Shown here: positions 43,564 to 52,758 of the stretch, in pieces
Position numbering within the stretch: position 1 is the first letter of the stretch
How the letters are laid out: each line of letters opens with the position of its first letter
Notes under the pieces: model-generated
The model's database searches: none
Told to the model about the DNA's origin: nothing
The model's input: the letters and a program-made list of their open reading frames with translations, nothing else
DNA from: Patescibacteria group bacterium
GTDB taxonomy: Bacteria; Patescibacteriota; Gracilibacteria; UBA1369; PNNO01
Length of the DNA stretch: 64,000 nt
Direction of reading: 5' to 3'
Assembly (NCBI GenBank): GCA_042568575.1
Contig: JBHPIO010000001.1
Span: 162,285 to 226,284, forward strand
Made by a program: the position numbers and the translations under genes

Positions 43564-44745
43564 ATGTCTAAAGATATAAAATACAGGGAAGTCTATCTAG
43601 ATAACGCTGCAACAACACAGCTGGATCCGCGAGTATTTGAAAAGATGAAACCCTTTTTTGGTGAAATATACGGAAACCCTTCTTCTATATACGAAAAAGC
43701 TCAAGAAGCGCGAAATGAGCTCGATAATGCACGAATGACGATTGCGCAAATTATTGGAAGTTCGCCTGAGGAAATTATTTTTACTTCCGGCGGCACAGAA
43801 AGTGACAATCTAGCTATTTTTGGAATTGCTCGAGCTAATAAAAAGAAAGGTAATCACATAATTACATCCGCAATTGAACATCACGCGGTACTTCATCCTT
43901 GCGAACAACTCGAAAAAGAAGGTTTTGAGGTTACGTATATTCCTGTTGAAGAAAATGGGATAGTTGATCCCGCTAAAGTTAAAGAAGCAATGCGTGAAGA
44001 TACTATTTTAGTTTCAATAATGTATGCAAATAATGAAATAGGAACAATCCAGCCAATTGCAAAAATTGGGCGGGCTTGCATCAAAAAACAAATCCACTTT
44101 CATACAGATGCTTGTCAGGCTGCTGGAGCTCTTGATTTAAACGTAGATAAGCTACATTTGGACTTAATGACTATTAATGGAAGTAAAATGTACGGACCAA
44201 AAGGTATCGGGATGCTTTATGTACGATCCGGAACCCCTTTAAAGCCAATTATGTTTGGTGGAGAACAAGAGAAACGTATACGTCCTGGAACTGAGAATGT
44301 TGCTGCGATAGTTGGAATGGCAGAAGCACTTCGTTTAGCACAAGAAGAACGTGAACCAGAAAATAAACGTTTAATTAAACTACGAGACAAACTAATTCAA
44401 GGAATTACAGATAAAGTTCCAAAAGTTCGTTTAAACGGCGATGCTGAAAATCGTCTTCCAAATAACGTAAATATGTCGATTTTGGATATTGAAGGAGAGG
44501 CACTTTTATTAAGGCTTGATATGGTTGGAATTGCAGCGTCTTCTGGATCTGCATGCACATCTGGTAGCTTAGACCCTTCACATGTAATTCTAGCTTTGGG
44601 TCTTCCTTATGAAGTAGCTCATGGAAGTTTAAGATTTTCTTTAGGAAAAAATACAACAGATGAAGATATTGATTATGTTTTAGAGAGACTACCCCAGATT
44701 GTTAAAGATTTACGAGCTATATCTCCGGTAAGAATAAATATGTAG
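43564..44745 (+). CDS. iscS: Cysteine desulfurase
   Basis: YLDNAATT, FTSGGTESDN, KMYGPKG, SSGSACTS. Confidence 0.95.
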   Translation: MSKDIKYREVYLDNAATTQLDPRVFEKMKPFFGEIYGNPSSIYEKAQEARNELDNARMTIAQIIGSSPEEIIFTSGGTESDNLAIFGIARANKKKGNHIITSAIEHHAVLHPCEQLEKEGFEVTYIPVEENGIVDPAKVKEAMREDTILVSIMYANNEIGTIQPIAKIGRACIKKQIHFHTDACQAAGALDLNVDKLHLDLMTINGSKMYGPKGIGMLYVRSGTPLKPIMFGGEQEKRIRPGTENVAAIVGMAEALRLAQEEREPENKRLIKLRDKLIQGITDKVPKVRLNGDAENRLPNNVNMSILDIEGEALLLRLDMVGIAASSGSACTSGSLDPSHVILALGLPYEVAHGSLRFSLGKNTTDEDIDYVLERLPQIVKDLRAISPVRINM

Positions 44746-44762
44746 AGACTTTTAGATACGGC

Positions 44763-44807
44763 AAAAGCCAGTTTTGCATTGTGCTCCAAAGGCAAAACTA
44801 TGCTTTT
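44763..44807. terminator. Hairpin between convergent iscS and tRNA-Leu
   Basis: AAAAGCCAGTTTTGC...GCAAAACTATGCTTTT. Confidence 0.6.
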
Positions 44808-44811
44808 ACTC

Positions 44812-44900
44812 TGGTGCCGCGGGAGGGAATCGAACCCTCACATGGTGTAACCCATACAGGATTTTAAGTCCTGCGCGTCTACCAATTCCGCCACCACGGC
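44812..44900 (-). tRNA. tRNA-Leu(TAA)
   Basis: GCCGTGGTGGCGGAATTGGTAGACGCGCAGGACT-TAA-AATCCTG, long variable arm, CCA. Confidence 0.97.
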
Positions 44901-45074
44901 TTAAATGACCTTCAACATTCTTACAGTCTCTATAAAGGAATGCAACTAAATTTCTAAAATATTTCTAAATTATTCATGTGTTTTTCTGGACAAATTTCGT
45001 TTTTTTATTCATAGTGTTATCCGGCCTTTCTAAGAAATACTCTCGTTTTTGATACATCTTCTCTACCTACCTCT

Positions 45075-45755
45075 ATGTTAAAAGCACTCGTAGTCGAGGA
45101 CGAAAATGAAATAGTTGAGTTCCTTAAAAAAGGACTGAGCTATGAAAACTTTTATGTTGACACTGCATATAATGGAGATGAGGCTTTTAAATTAGCTCTT
45201 GAACGCGAATACGACATCATCCTTTTAGATTTGCTGCTTCCAGGAAGGGATGGATTAAGTGTTTTGCAAAGTCTAAGGGCAGAACAAGTTCAAACACCAA
45301 TTATTGCTGTAACTGCAATTCAAGATAACAACACAAAAATTAAGCTTCTTAATAATGGTGCAGACGATTATATCGAGAAGCCTTTTTCTTTTACCGAACT
45401 TTTAGCAAGAATTCACGCAGTTTTAAGACGAACTAATGCAAAGCAAAATGTTGAAGTACTAAAAATTGATAATCTTGAACTTTATCCAAAAAGAAAAGAA
45501 ACTTTCCGACAGAAGAGAAAAATCAATTTAAGAAATAAAGAGTTCGCACTTCTTGAATATCTTTTGAGGAATGAAGGAATAGTAATTACAAGAAATACAA
45601 TCATGGAAAAAGTCTGGGGCTACAATGCCGCGGTCAATTCAAATACAATCGATACACACGTTGCAATCCTTCGAAAAAAAGTTGACGAAGGACATCCAAC
45701 ACGGCTTATTCATACCGTTCATGGAGTTGGTTATAAACTCGCTATGGAGAGATAA
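45075..45755 (+). CDS. OmpR/PhoB-family response regulator (no adjacent kinase)
   Basis: VVEDE, LLDLLLPGRDG, GADDYIEKPF, KEFALLEYL, IHTVHGVGY. Confidence 0.95.
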   Translation: MLKALVVEDENEIVEFLKKGLSYENFYVDTAYNGDEAFKLALEREYDIILLDLLLPGRDGLSVLQSLRAEQVQTPIIAVTAIQDNNTKIKLLNNGADDYIEKPFSFTELLARIHAVLRRTNAKQNVEVLKIDNLELYPKRKETFRQKRKINLRNKEFALLEYLLRNEGIVITRNTIMEKVWGYNAAVNSNTIDTHVAILRKKVDEGHPTRLIHTVHGVGYKLAMER

Positions 45756-45830
45756 TCTCATCCCAGAAAAAGTTTATAATTATTTTATTGAAACTTCATG
45801 ACTTTTTCATGAAGGTAGTATAATGTGATT

Positions 45831-45941
45831 TTTGAAGTTTGAAATACATTGAAAAAGAGGCCGTGTTGTTCACCTGTAGCTCTTGATTTTTTTAAGTCAG
45901 GAGGTGCTCCCTATAGGTGAACAGCACAGTCTCTTTTTTTT
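45831..45941 (+). ncRNA. Candidate small RNA (long hairpin ending in U8)
   Basis: TATAAT at 45819-45824; long stem with G-U pairs valid only on + strand; no obvious ORF. Confidence 0.45.
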
Positions 45942-45962
45942 CGTTCAATTTATATAACGAGA

Positions 45963-46481
45963 TTATTTTCCGTTTGTTTCAGTTGGGGGTGTAAAAACTC
46001 TTGCACCGAGTTCTTTATCAAGCATATAAACCCCAGGACCTTTATCTCCTGCCAGCTTTATTTTATCTACGGTACTAGCAGCAGTGCTTTCTTCTTCGAC
46101 TTGTTCGTCAATAAACCACTTTAGAAATGACTCCAAAGGATAATCTTTTTCCACAACAGCTAGTTCGTATAGATTATTAATAAGTGAAGTCACATGTTTT
46201 TCGTGCTCCAACGTCTTCTCAAAAACTTCTAAAGGTGACTTAAATTCCGTTTCTGGCTGCTTGATTGCTTGCATTGTAACTTTACCTCCACGTTCGAAAA
46301 CAAAATCGTAAAATTTCATAGCATGAGTCATTTCTTCCTGAGCTTGAATTTTCATCCAATTAGAAAAACCTTCCATACTAATAGAGTCAAAATATGCCGC
46401 CATTGATAAATAAAGGTATGCAGAATAGATTTCCGCGTTAATCTGGTCATTGATTGCTTTCTGGACTTTTTCGTTCATCAT
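45963..46481 (-). CDS. ftnA: Non-haem ferritin
   Basis: QINAEIYSAYLYLSM, EEMTHAMK, HEKHVT, FLKWFIDEQVEEE. Confidence 0.95.
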   Translation of the reverse strand: MMNEKVQKAINDQINAEIYSAYLYLSMAAYFDSISMEGFSNWMKIQAQEEMTHAMKFYDFVFERGGKVTMQAIKQPETEFKSPLEVFEKTLEHEKHVTSLINNLYELAVVEKDYPLESFLKWFIDEQVEEESTAASTVDKIKLAGDKGPGVYMLDKELGARVFTPPTETNGK

Positions 46482-46526
46482 TCTCAATTTGTTAGTGTTT
46501 TAATTAGAGACTAGATTCTAGCGAAT

Positions 46527-47231
46527 TTAAAGTATTTCCGCAATCGGATTTTCTTGAGTTAAAATAGAAATCTCCGCTTCACCGCCACAATATTTTAATA
46601 CGAGTTCTTTCATTTCGTTTAATGCTTTCTCTAGTTCCTCCCGAGATGAAGGTGGCAATGCTTCAAAAACAATAACAGCATTTTTAGTTTGATCAGTAAG
46701 TTTTGTTCTATCCGCTTCTCTCCAGTTAAATCTTCTACAAATCACCCCCTTTGAATCTTTATAAACAACTTCACCTTCCTCGGGAGAATTGTTGTCCGTT
46801 GATCCAAGCTCAACGAACTCTTCGCTCCCATCAGCAAATGTAAGCTCAATATCATCATTACAAGCATCTAAATCCTCACCACCCGCAGGAATCACATATT
46901 TCAAAGAAAGATAATTATAAAGATCAACCAGTTTATTGATATTAGGAAGCTGACCGCCTTTATATACACGACGGAAAAGTGCCTGAATCGAGGGAGCATA
47001 CTTTTTGGGACTACTACCAAACTTTTTATGAGCCTCTCGCCATGCAGCAATCTTAGGATAATCATTCACTGATCCAACGCCTGGCAATTCCTGAGTTTGC
47101 TTCTCAATTTGTCTTAAAAGGTCAGTAATTTCAGAATTTGTGCCAGAATTGTCGATATTTCTCACAACAACAATTCCATCTATAAAACCTGGAAATGTCT
47201 GAAAGATATTCGAGTTGATTTTGAAGTTCAT
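46527..47231 (-). CDS. Stand-alone B3/4-domain (PheRS-beta editing-like) protein
   Basis: WREAHKKFG, PSIQALFRR, INKLVDLYN, GGEDLD, CRRFNWRE. Confidence 0.88.
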   Translation of the reverse strand: MNFKINSNIFQTFPGFIDGIVVVRNIDNSGTNSEITDLLRQIEKQTQELPGVGSVNDYPKIAAWREAHKKFGSSPKKYAPSIQALFRRVYKGGQLPNINKLVDLYNYLSLKYVIPAGGEDLDACNDDIELTFADGSEEFVELGSTDNNSPEEGEVVYKDSKGVICRRFNWREADRTKLTDQTKNAVIVFEALPPSSREELEKALNEMKELVLKYCGGEAEISILTQENPIAEIL

Positions 47232-47282
47232 TATATTGATGTTATATGTGTATCAGGATCTAGATTAACACATCATAATAAA

Positions 47283-48029
47283 ATGTCTAAAGATCTAAAC
47301 AATCGATTTTGGGAGATAGATTTCCTACGTGGCATCGCAATTGTATCGATGGTCATCTTTCATGCCGCCTTTGATCTTAATTATTTTGACGTTCTTGAAA
47401 TTGGAATACATGGAGGCTTTTGGTCTATTTTTGGAAAATCTGTTTTTGTTTTGTTTTTTGTTTTGGTTGGGATTTCATTAAGTCTCAGTTATTCCAGGGC
47501 AAAAATCACAAATAAAACTAATCTGTTTAGTAAATATTTAAAGAGAGGGCTAAAAGTCTTCTTTTGGGGTTTAATTATCACGTTAGTTACTTGGATATTT
47601 ATGCGACAAGGCTTTGTTTTGTTTGGAGTGCTTCATTTTATTGGATTATCAATAATACTCGCATATCCTTTGATGAAGTTCTCTTATGCAAATTTATTTC
47701 TGGGTTTGGTTGTTATTGTGGGCGGACTATTGTTAAGCGCATATTCATTCAGTTCTCCATGGCTGATATGGCTGGGATTCAAGCCCGAGGGTTTTTATTC
47801 AATAGATTATTTCCCGATTCTCCCCTATTTCGGAATCATCCTTATTGGAATATTTATTGGGAAAAAGTTGTATACAAACTATGAAAGAAAATTCAGCATG
47901 AAGAACTTGGCTAGTCATCATTTAATAAAATCTTTTAGCTTCCTTGGAAAGAACTCACTACTTATTTATTTGATACATCAACCAATTCTTATATTAATGC
48001 TACTGCTTTTTGGTGTAATCAACATATAG
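47283..48029 (+). CDS. DUF1624/HGSNAT-like membrane acyltransferase
   Basis: RFWEIDFLRGIA, FGVLHFIG, DYFPILPY, LGKNSLLIYLIHQP. Confidence 0.88.
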   Translation: MSKDLNNRFWEIDFLRGIAIVSMVIFHAAFDLNYFDVLEIGIHGGFWSIFGKSVFVLFFVLVGISLSLSYSRAKITNKTNLFSKYLKRGLKVFFWGLIITLVTWIFMRQGFVLFGVLHFIGLSIILAYPLMKFSYANLFLGLVVIVGGLLLSAYSFSSPWLIWLGFKPEGFYSIDYFPILPYFGIILIGIFIGKKLYTNYERKFSMKNLASHHLIKSFSFLGKNSLLIYLIHQPILILMLLLFGVINI

Positions 48030-48071
48030 TTTTGCTATAATCAATCTCGTAAAAAACTAACCAATCAAAAT

Positions 48072-48362
48072 ATGTCTAAAAATGAATTCAAAGTCTCAGG
48101 CGAAGAATTGCTTAAAAAAGTAAAAAATATAGTTAAAGAAGGAAATGTCCGACGAATCGTGATTAAAAACGATAAAGGACAAGCTTATTTAGAGATTCCA
48201 GTTACCATTGGTGTTCTTGGAGCACTTGCAGCGCCAATCTTTGTTGCTGTTGGAGCTATCGCTGCTATTGCAAGCAAGTTCACAATTGAAGTAATTAGAT
48301 CAGAAAAGAAAGCACCTGCAAAAAAGGTAGCTAAAAAACCGGCTACTAAAAAGAAGAAATAA
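48072..48362 (+). CDS. DUF4342 protein
   Basis: VKNIVKEGNVRRIVIK...LEIPVTIG. Confidence 0.85.
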   Translation: MSKNEFKVSGEELLKKVKNIVKEGNVRRIVIKNDKGQAYLEIPVTIGVLGALAAPIFVAVGAIAAIASKFTIEVIRSEKKAPAKKVAKKPATKKKK

Positions 48363-48363
48363 C

Positions 48364-50307
48364 ATGAAAGCCCTAAGGTATATACAAAAAGGAGCACTAT
48401 ATACATATCTCCTAGTTTTGATTTTAGGCGCAACCTCGTTAACTTTTTACGAAGCCGGATATACATTCTATCCAGTAACGTATTGGGCTTTTTTCATTGT
48501 AGTACTTTTTCTTATATGGCTAATTATTCCAAATAAGAACTGGGAGCTCTTGGCTTCGTATAAACCTTTATATATCCTCTCATTTATACACTTAGTTTTT
48601 ATTGCAATAACGTATTTTATCCCACCATATTCTCAATTTGGGTATAAAGATCTCGTTATATTTTTCAGTTTTTATTTTATATTGATTGCGTCAAGCATAA
48701 TTCCGTGGAGCAAAGCAAATTTAAGAAAGATTTTTTCTCTAATATGCTTTATTGCTTTTGCTATATCAATCTACAGCATAATTAAATACATTTTCCTTCC
48801 ATACGATCGTGTAATTGGACCGTTTATGATCAACAGTGACCCAGTCCAATTATTTCCTAATTCCCTCGGATTTTTTATTCTGTTAATAATTCCGTTGCAA
48901 GTTTTATATCTATTTAATCAAGCTTCATCGCAGAAAATCACTGCTCGCTCTATATACCTTTTTATTAGTAGTGTAGTTATTTTTACAGCCTTTTTTCTAA
49001 TTTTCTCCAGAGCAACATTTATTGCACTATTCCTAATTGCAATAATCTTTATCTACATTCAACTTTCTGCTGCGCATAAGAAAAAACCTTATTTCAAAAG
49101 TAAGTCCATACGATCGCTGCTACTGGTATTCATATGTAGTTTTCTTTTGCTTTCATCTGTGAATCTGGCCAGAAGCAATAACTATGACATCAGTACTACA
49201 GAAAATTATCTCAATTTAAATGCATCTGAAAATACAATGTCATTTTTTGATAGATTCAACTATATGAAGGGAGCATTCCATCTAAACTTGGAATATCCAA
49301 TATTTGGAATTGGAAACAGTAATTTCCGGTTCTTTTATCCTAAGTATCAAGAAGTAGCATTTAATTCCGAACATCCATACAGTTTCATGATGCGTCTTTC
49401 ATCCGAACTTGGCACCCCAGGGGCATTAATCCAAACATTATTTTTTGTATTTCTCATTTATTACTTTATTAAGCATTCTCGCAAAGTTGAGCAGAAATAC
49501 TATTTAGGTGCGCTAGCATTTGCAATGTTTGGGAGTAGCATTCAAGCAATGATGAATTTCACGATAAATAATGTTTTAAATGCGAGTATTTTACCTCTGT
49601 TTGTAGCGATTTTTATCTCTCGATTTCCTATTACTAAAAATAAAATACAGAAAGGTTGGGTTATGTTCACGAGTATATTTTTAACAGGTATTGTCATAAC
49701 TTTGCTTATTATTCCAATTCATGAACTAAACACAAGGAAATGGAATGATTTAGCACAAAATAACTTCGAGCAAAAAGATTATATTGGAGCTGCTAATGCC
49801 TATGAAACTGCAGCAGAGGAAAGTTGGTTTAAAGAAGATTTTCAAGTGAAAAGCTCTGAAATGTATCAACTTGCATCCGAAGAAAGTAAATTGTCTGAAA
49901 AGCAAATTGACGATTGGCTTCTAAAAGCAGAAAAATCGACTCAAACTAATCCACATTATTCAGAAAGTTGGAATAACTATGGCGATGCATTATTTGCTTC
50001 AGGAGAGCTTGAATCATCAATCAAAATGTACGAGAAAGCATTAGAATTAGATTCACATAATTATTTAGAATATTATCTTGATTTAATAAAAGCAAAGCAT
50101 AAAAACAGATCTCTCTCACAAGTGGATATTGATTTGGTAAAAGGAAATCTTGAAGATTACACCAATTTATTACAAGAAAACCCTTATGTATTAGAGAACT
50201 CTCCAAACAATGCTCAAGCTCAAAGTTTATACGAATATCTTTTAAAAGAAATCGTTCCTGAAGATGAAGAATTAAATTCTGAATATCAGGAATTTTTGGT
50301 GATTTAG
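48364..50307 (+). CDS. O-antigen ligase/O-oligosaccharyltransferase-like protein with TPR (paralogue of 32714-34690)
   Basis: FPNSLG, IFSRATF, YPIFGIGNSNF, HPYS, SELG; TPR WNNYGDAL...YEKALELD. Confidence 0.82.
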   Translation: MKALRYIQKGALYTYLLVLILGATSLTFYEAGYTFYPVTYWAFFIVVLFLIWLIIPNKNWELLASYKPLYILSFIHLVFIAITYFIPPYSQFGYKDLVIFFSFYFILIASSIIPWSKANLRKIFSLICFIAFAISIYSIIKYIFLPYDRVIGPFMINSDPVQLFPNSLGFFILLIIPLQVLYLFNQASSQKITARSIYLFISSVVIFTAFFLIFSRATFIALFLIAIIFIYIQLSAAHKKKPYFKSKSIRSLLLVFICSFLLLSSVNLARSNNYDISTTENYLNLNASENTMSFFDRFNYMKGAFHLNLEYPIFGIGNSNFRFFYPKYQEVAFNSEHPYSFMMRLSSELGTPGALIQTLFFVFLIYYFIKHSRKVEQKYYLGALAFAMFGSSIQAMMNFTINNVLNASILPLFVAIFISRFPITKNKIQKGWVMFTSIFLTGIVITLLIIPIHELNTRKWNDLAQNNFEQKDYIGAANAYETAAEESWFKEDFQVKSSEMYQLASEESKLSEKQIDDWLLKAEKSTQTNPHYSESWNNYGDALFASGELESSIKMYEKALELDSHNYLEYYLDLIKAKHKNRSLSQVDIDLVKGNLEDYTNLLQENPYVLENSPNNAQAQSLYEYLLKEIVPEDEELNSEYQEFLVI

Positions 50308-50372
50308 CCAAACAGACGTGTTGACAAAATCTTTTGTATGAATTATAAATTAGGCCTTTAATAAATATTGAT

Positions 50373-51335
50373 ATGTTAGAAAAAGTTTACCATGAGCAGG
50401 CTGATGCCACATCCGGAGGTGATTTCCCGGAGACACCAGAAACAGGTGACGAACTTAGTGAATTAACACCAGTAAAAAGAAAAATTGCTGAATATTTGTT
50501 AAAAAAAGCTCGAAAATTTGAAGAATTTGCATTTAGGAACATTGCAAAAGCTTGCAAGTTAAATCCCGATACTGCGCAAAGAATGATAGATGAAACCCTG
50601 GAAACACTAGGAATGAAAGTACTATCGATCGCGCAGGAGAGCAAGGGAGGCGGTTATCATTTGCTTATACCAAAAGCTGCTGAATCGGATGATCCAAAAA
50701 GCTTGGGTGAAGAATTCGAATGGAATGATGAGGATACCGTTTATAACAACATAATAAATAATCTAGATAGAATCCCTGGAAAATTCCATGAACTTCTTTT
50801 ACTTCTAAACTTAAGTTCTAGTTATACTCAGTGGCTTTCTTATGAAGAAATGATTGAACAAACAGGATATGAGAGAAAAGAGCTTTTAAAACTGTTACGA
50901 GAGCTTAAAAAAATCCTCATAGAAATGGATGTTGATCTGGCAAGAATTAAAAATGGAAAAGAGGCGCAAGTTATATTAATTCATCGAAGTGAAGATGAGG
51001 ACGAAATATATATGGCTTTGGGAGAGGAAGATGAAGGAGATGAAACTTTAGATCATAAGAGTTTAAGAGAATTGATTGAGGCAAATAGAGAAAGATTTTC
51101 TAGTACTGACATTTTCCAAATTGCAATTGCTTTAGCTGAAGCTGCTGATGATGAAAAAGCAAAATTATCTGCGGAGATGATTGCAGATTTTGTCACTGTA
51201 GATGTTGAAACCGTACTAAATGCATTGGAAGGAAAATCAGCGGAAATACCAAAAGTACTTGGGAAATTAGAAATAGATGTTCATATGGAACGACTCACTT
51301 ATGGAAACGAGGAGGATGTTTATTCTATTGAGTGA
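50373..51335 (+). CDS. Acidic hypothetical protein, possibly tandem winged-HTH domains
   Basis: Three helix-turn-helix-like segments; TTGACA-N17-TATAAA promoter at 50321-50349. Confidence 0.65.
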   Translation: MLEKVYHEQADATSGGDFPETPETGDELSELTPVKRKIAEYLLKKARKFEEFAFRNIAKACKLNPDTAQRMIDETLETLGMKVLSIAQESKGGGYHLLIPKAAESDDPKSLGEEFEWNDEDTVYNNIINNLDRIPGKFHELLLLLNLSSSYTQWLSYEEMIEQTGYERKELLKLLRELKKILIEMDVDLARIKNGKEAQVILIHRSEDEDEIYMALGEEDEGDETLDHKSLRELIEANRERFSSTDIFQIAIALAEAADDEKAKLSAEMIADFVTVDVETVLNALEGKSAEIPKVLGKLEIDVHMERLTYGNEEDVYSIE

Positions 51336-51344
51336 AGAACCTCT

Positions 51345-51420
51345 CGCCACTCCGCTTCGCTACGTCGTACTTAATCATCCGATTCGCTTCGTCTTACAGA
51401 CTTGCTTATCGCATGCTTAA
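51345..51420. repeat. Second partial copy of mini-hairpin element
   Basis: GCTTCGC at 51354; GTACTTAATCATCCGATTCG at 51367-51386 (19/20 identical to 32349-32368). Confidence 0.5.
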
Positions 51421-51423
51421 GCA

Positions 51424-51499
51424 TGGTGGGTCAGCCGGGGCTCGAACCCGGGACCATCCGCTTAAGAGGCGGGTGCTCTACCAACTGAGCTACTGACCC
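51424..51499 (-). tRNA. tRNA-Lys(CTT)
   Basis: GGGTCAGTAGCTCAGTTGGTAGAGCACCCGCCT-CTT-AAGCGG...GTTCGAGCCCCGGCTGACCCACCA. Confidence 0.96.
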
Positions 51500-51603
51500 A
51501 TATCAATTATTGATTACAGCACGCAAAAATGTATCATTTTCTATCCCCTCTTTCAAGCTGCAAAATTTTCAAGTACAATACCGGCGACTTTTAATCGCAA
51601 CCA

Positions 51604-52749
51604 ATGTCAAAAAGCAGCAAAAAATCAGTTCTATTTTATACTGACACACCTTTAATTGGCGGCGCGGAGAACCAAATGTACCTTTTAGCAAAATTTCTAG
51701 ACAAAGAAAAGTATGAAGTTACGCTCGTTTGTTCAGATTATGGTCATCTTGATGAATGGGTGAAGAAATTCGAAAACGAGGATATTAAAGTTATGCGTCT
51801 AAATGTTTTTCATAAACACGATCCACGTCATTACTTTCAATTTAAAGAAATAATTAAACGAAATCATTACGACTTGATTCATTTGCATGTTTGGAACCCG
51901 GCAGCATGTCGTTATGCGCTAATGGCTGCTGGGAAATATAATATCCCGACTGTTGTTACAGAACATGATCCATTTGAACTTCCTAAATTAAAAACCTATT
52001 TTAAACAAAAACTCTTGAAAAAAATTAGTCATGTAATTGCTGTTTCTGAATCGAACAGAAAATTAATGTTAAACCTTTTCCCACAACTTAAAAATCGGAT
52101 TACGTCTATTCACAATGGAATTGATGTAACTTGGTTTGAATCGCAACTTTTAAGTTTTAATGAGAATAAGCGCAATGAGTATCGTGAAAAAACTTTTAAT
52201 GTCGCTGAAGATATTAAGGTGATTCTAACTGTTGCTGAACTTCATGAACGAAAAGGAGTAAACTATCTAATTAAGGCAATGCCATTTATTGTTAAAAAGG
52301 AAGAGAATTGCCATCTGGTGATTGCCGGAAGTGGCGGAGAACGTGAAGAACTTGAAACTTTGGTTAAAAAAGAAGGTGTAATGGACCATGTGACATTCCT
52401 AGGATTTAAAAAAGATATTCCCCATTTGATGAAGGCATCTGATGTTTTTGTTTTACCAAGTATTAAAGAGGCATTCGGTCTTGTTATTCTAGAAGCAATG
52501 GCGGCTGAATTGCCTATTGTTGCAAGTGACGTTGGTGGTATTCCTGAAATTATTAAAAATGGTGAAAATGGCACGCTTGTTCCTCCTCATGATGAAGAAA
52601 AATTGGCAAAAGCTATTGTTAAGTTAATGGCCGATCCGAATCTTATCGAAAAATATGTTACGACAGGATTTGAAACTTTAAAAAAGACTTTTGACGCAAA
52701 AATGATGGCAAAAAATACTGAAGCGATTTATGATAAAGTCCTCACATAA
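51604..52749 (+). CDS. GT4 glycosyltransferase
   Basis: GGAE, IHNGID, EAFGLVILEAMA, DVGGIPE. Confidence 0.93.
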   Translation: MSKSSKKSVLFYTDTPLIGGAENQMYLLAKFLDKEKYEVTLVCSDYGHLDEWVKKFENEDIKVMRLNVFHKHDPRHYFQFKEIIKRNHYDLIHLHVWNPAACRYALMAAGKYNIPTVVTEHDPFELPKLKTYFKQKLLKKISHVIAVSESNRKLMLNLFPQLKNRITSIHNGIDVTWFESQLLSFNENKRNEYREKTFNVAEDIKVILTVAELHERKGVNYLIKAMPFIVKKEENCHLVIAGSGGEREELETLVKKEGVMDHVTFLGFKKDIPHLMKASDVFVLPSIKEAFGLVILEAMAAELPIVASDVGGIPEIIKNGENGTLVPPHDEEKLAKAIVKLMADPNLIEKYVTTGFETLKKTFDAKMMAKNTEAIYDKVLT

Positions 52750-52758
52750 AAAATATAT

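Noticed and set aside
45917-45994. GTG-started 25-codon peptide after AGGAGGTG (type I toxin-like)
   Set aside because: Long SD spacing, crosses the U8 terminator, overlaps the ferritin 3' end and lacks a clear TM helix.
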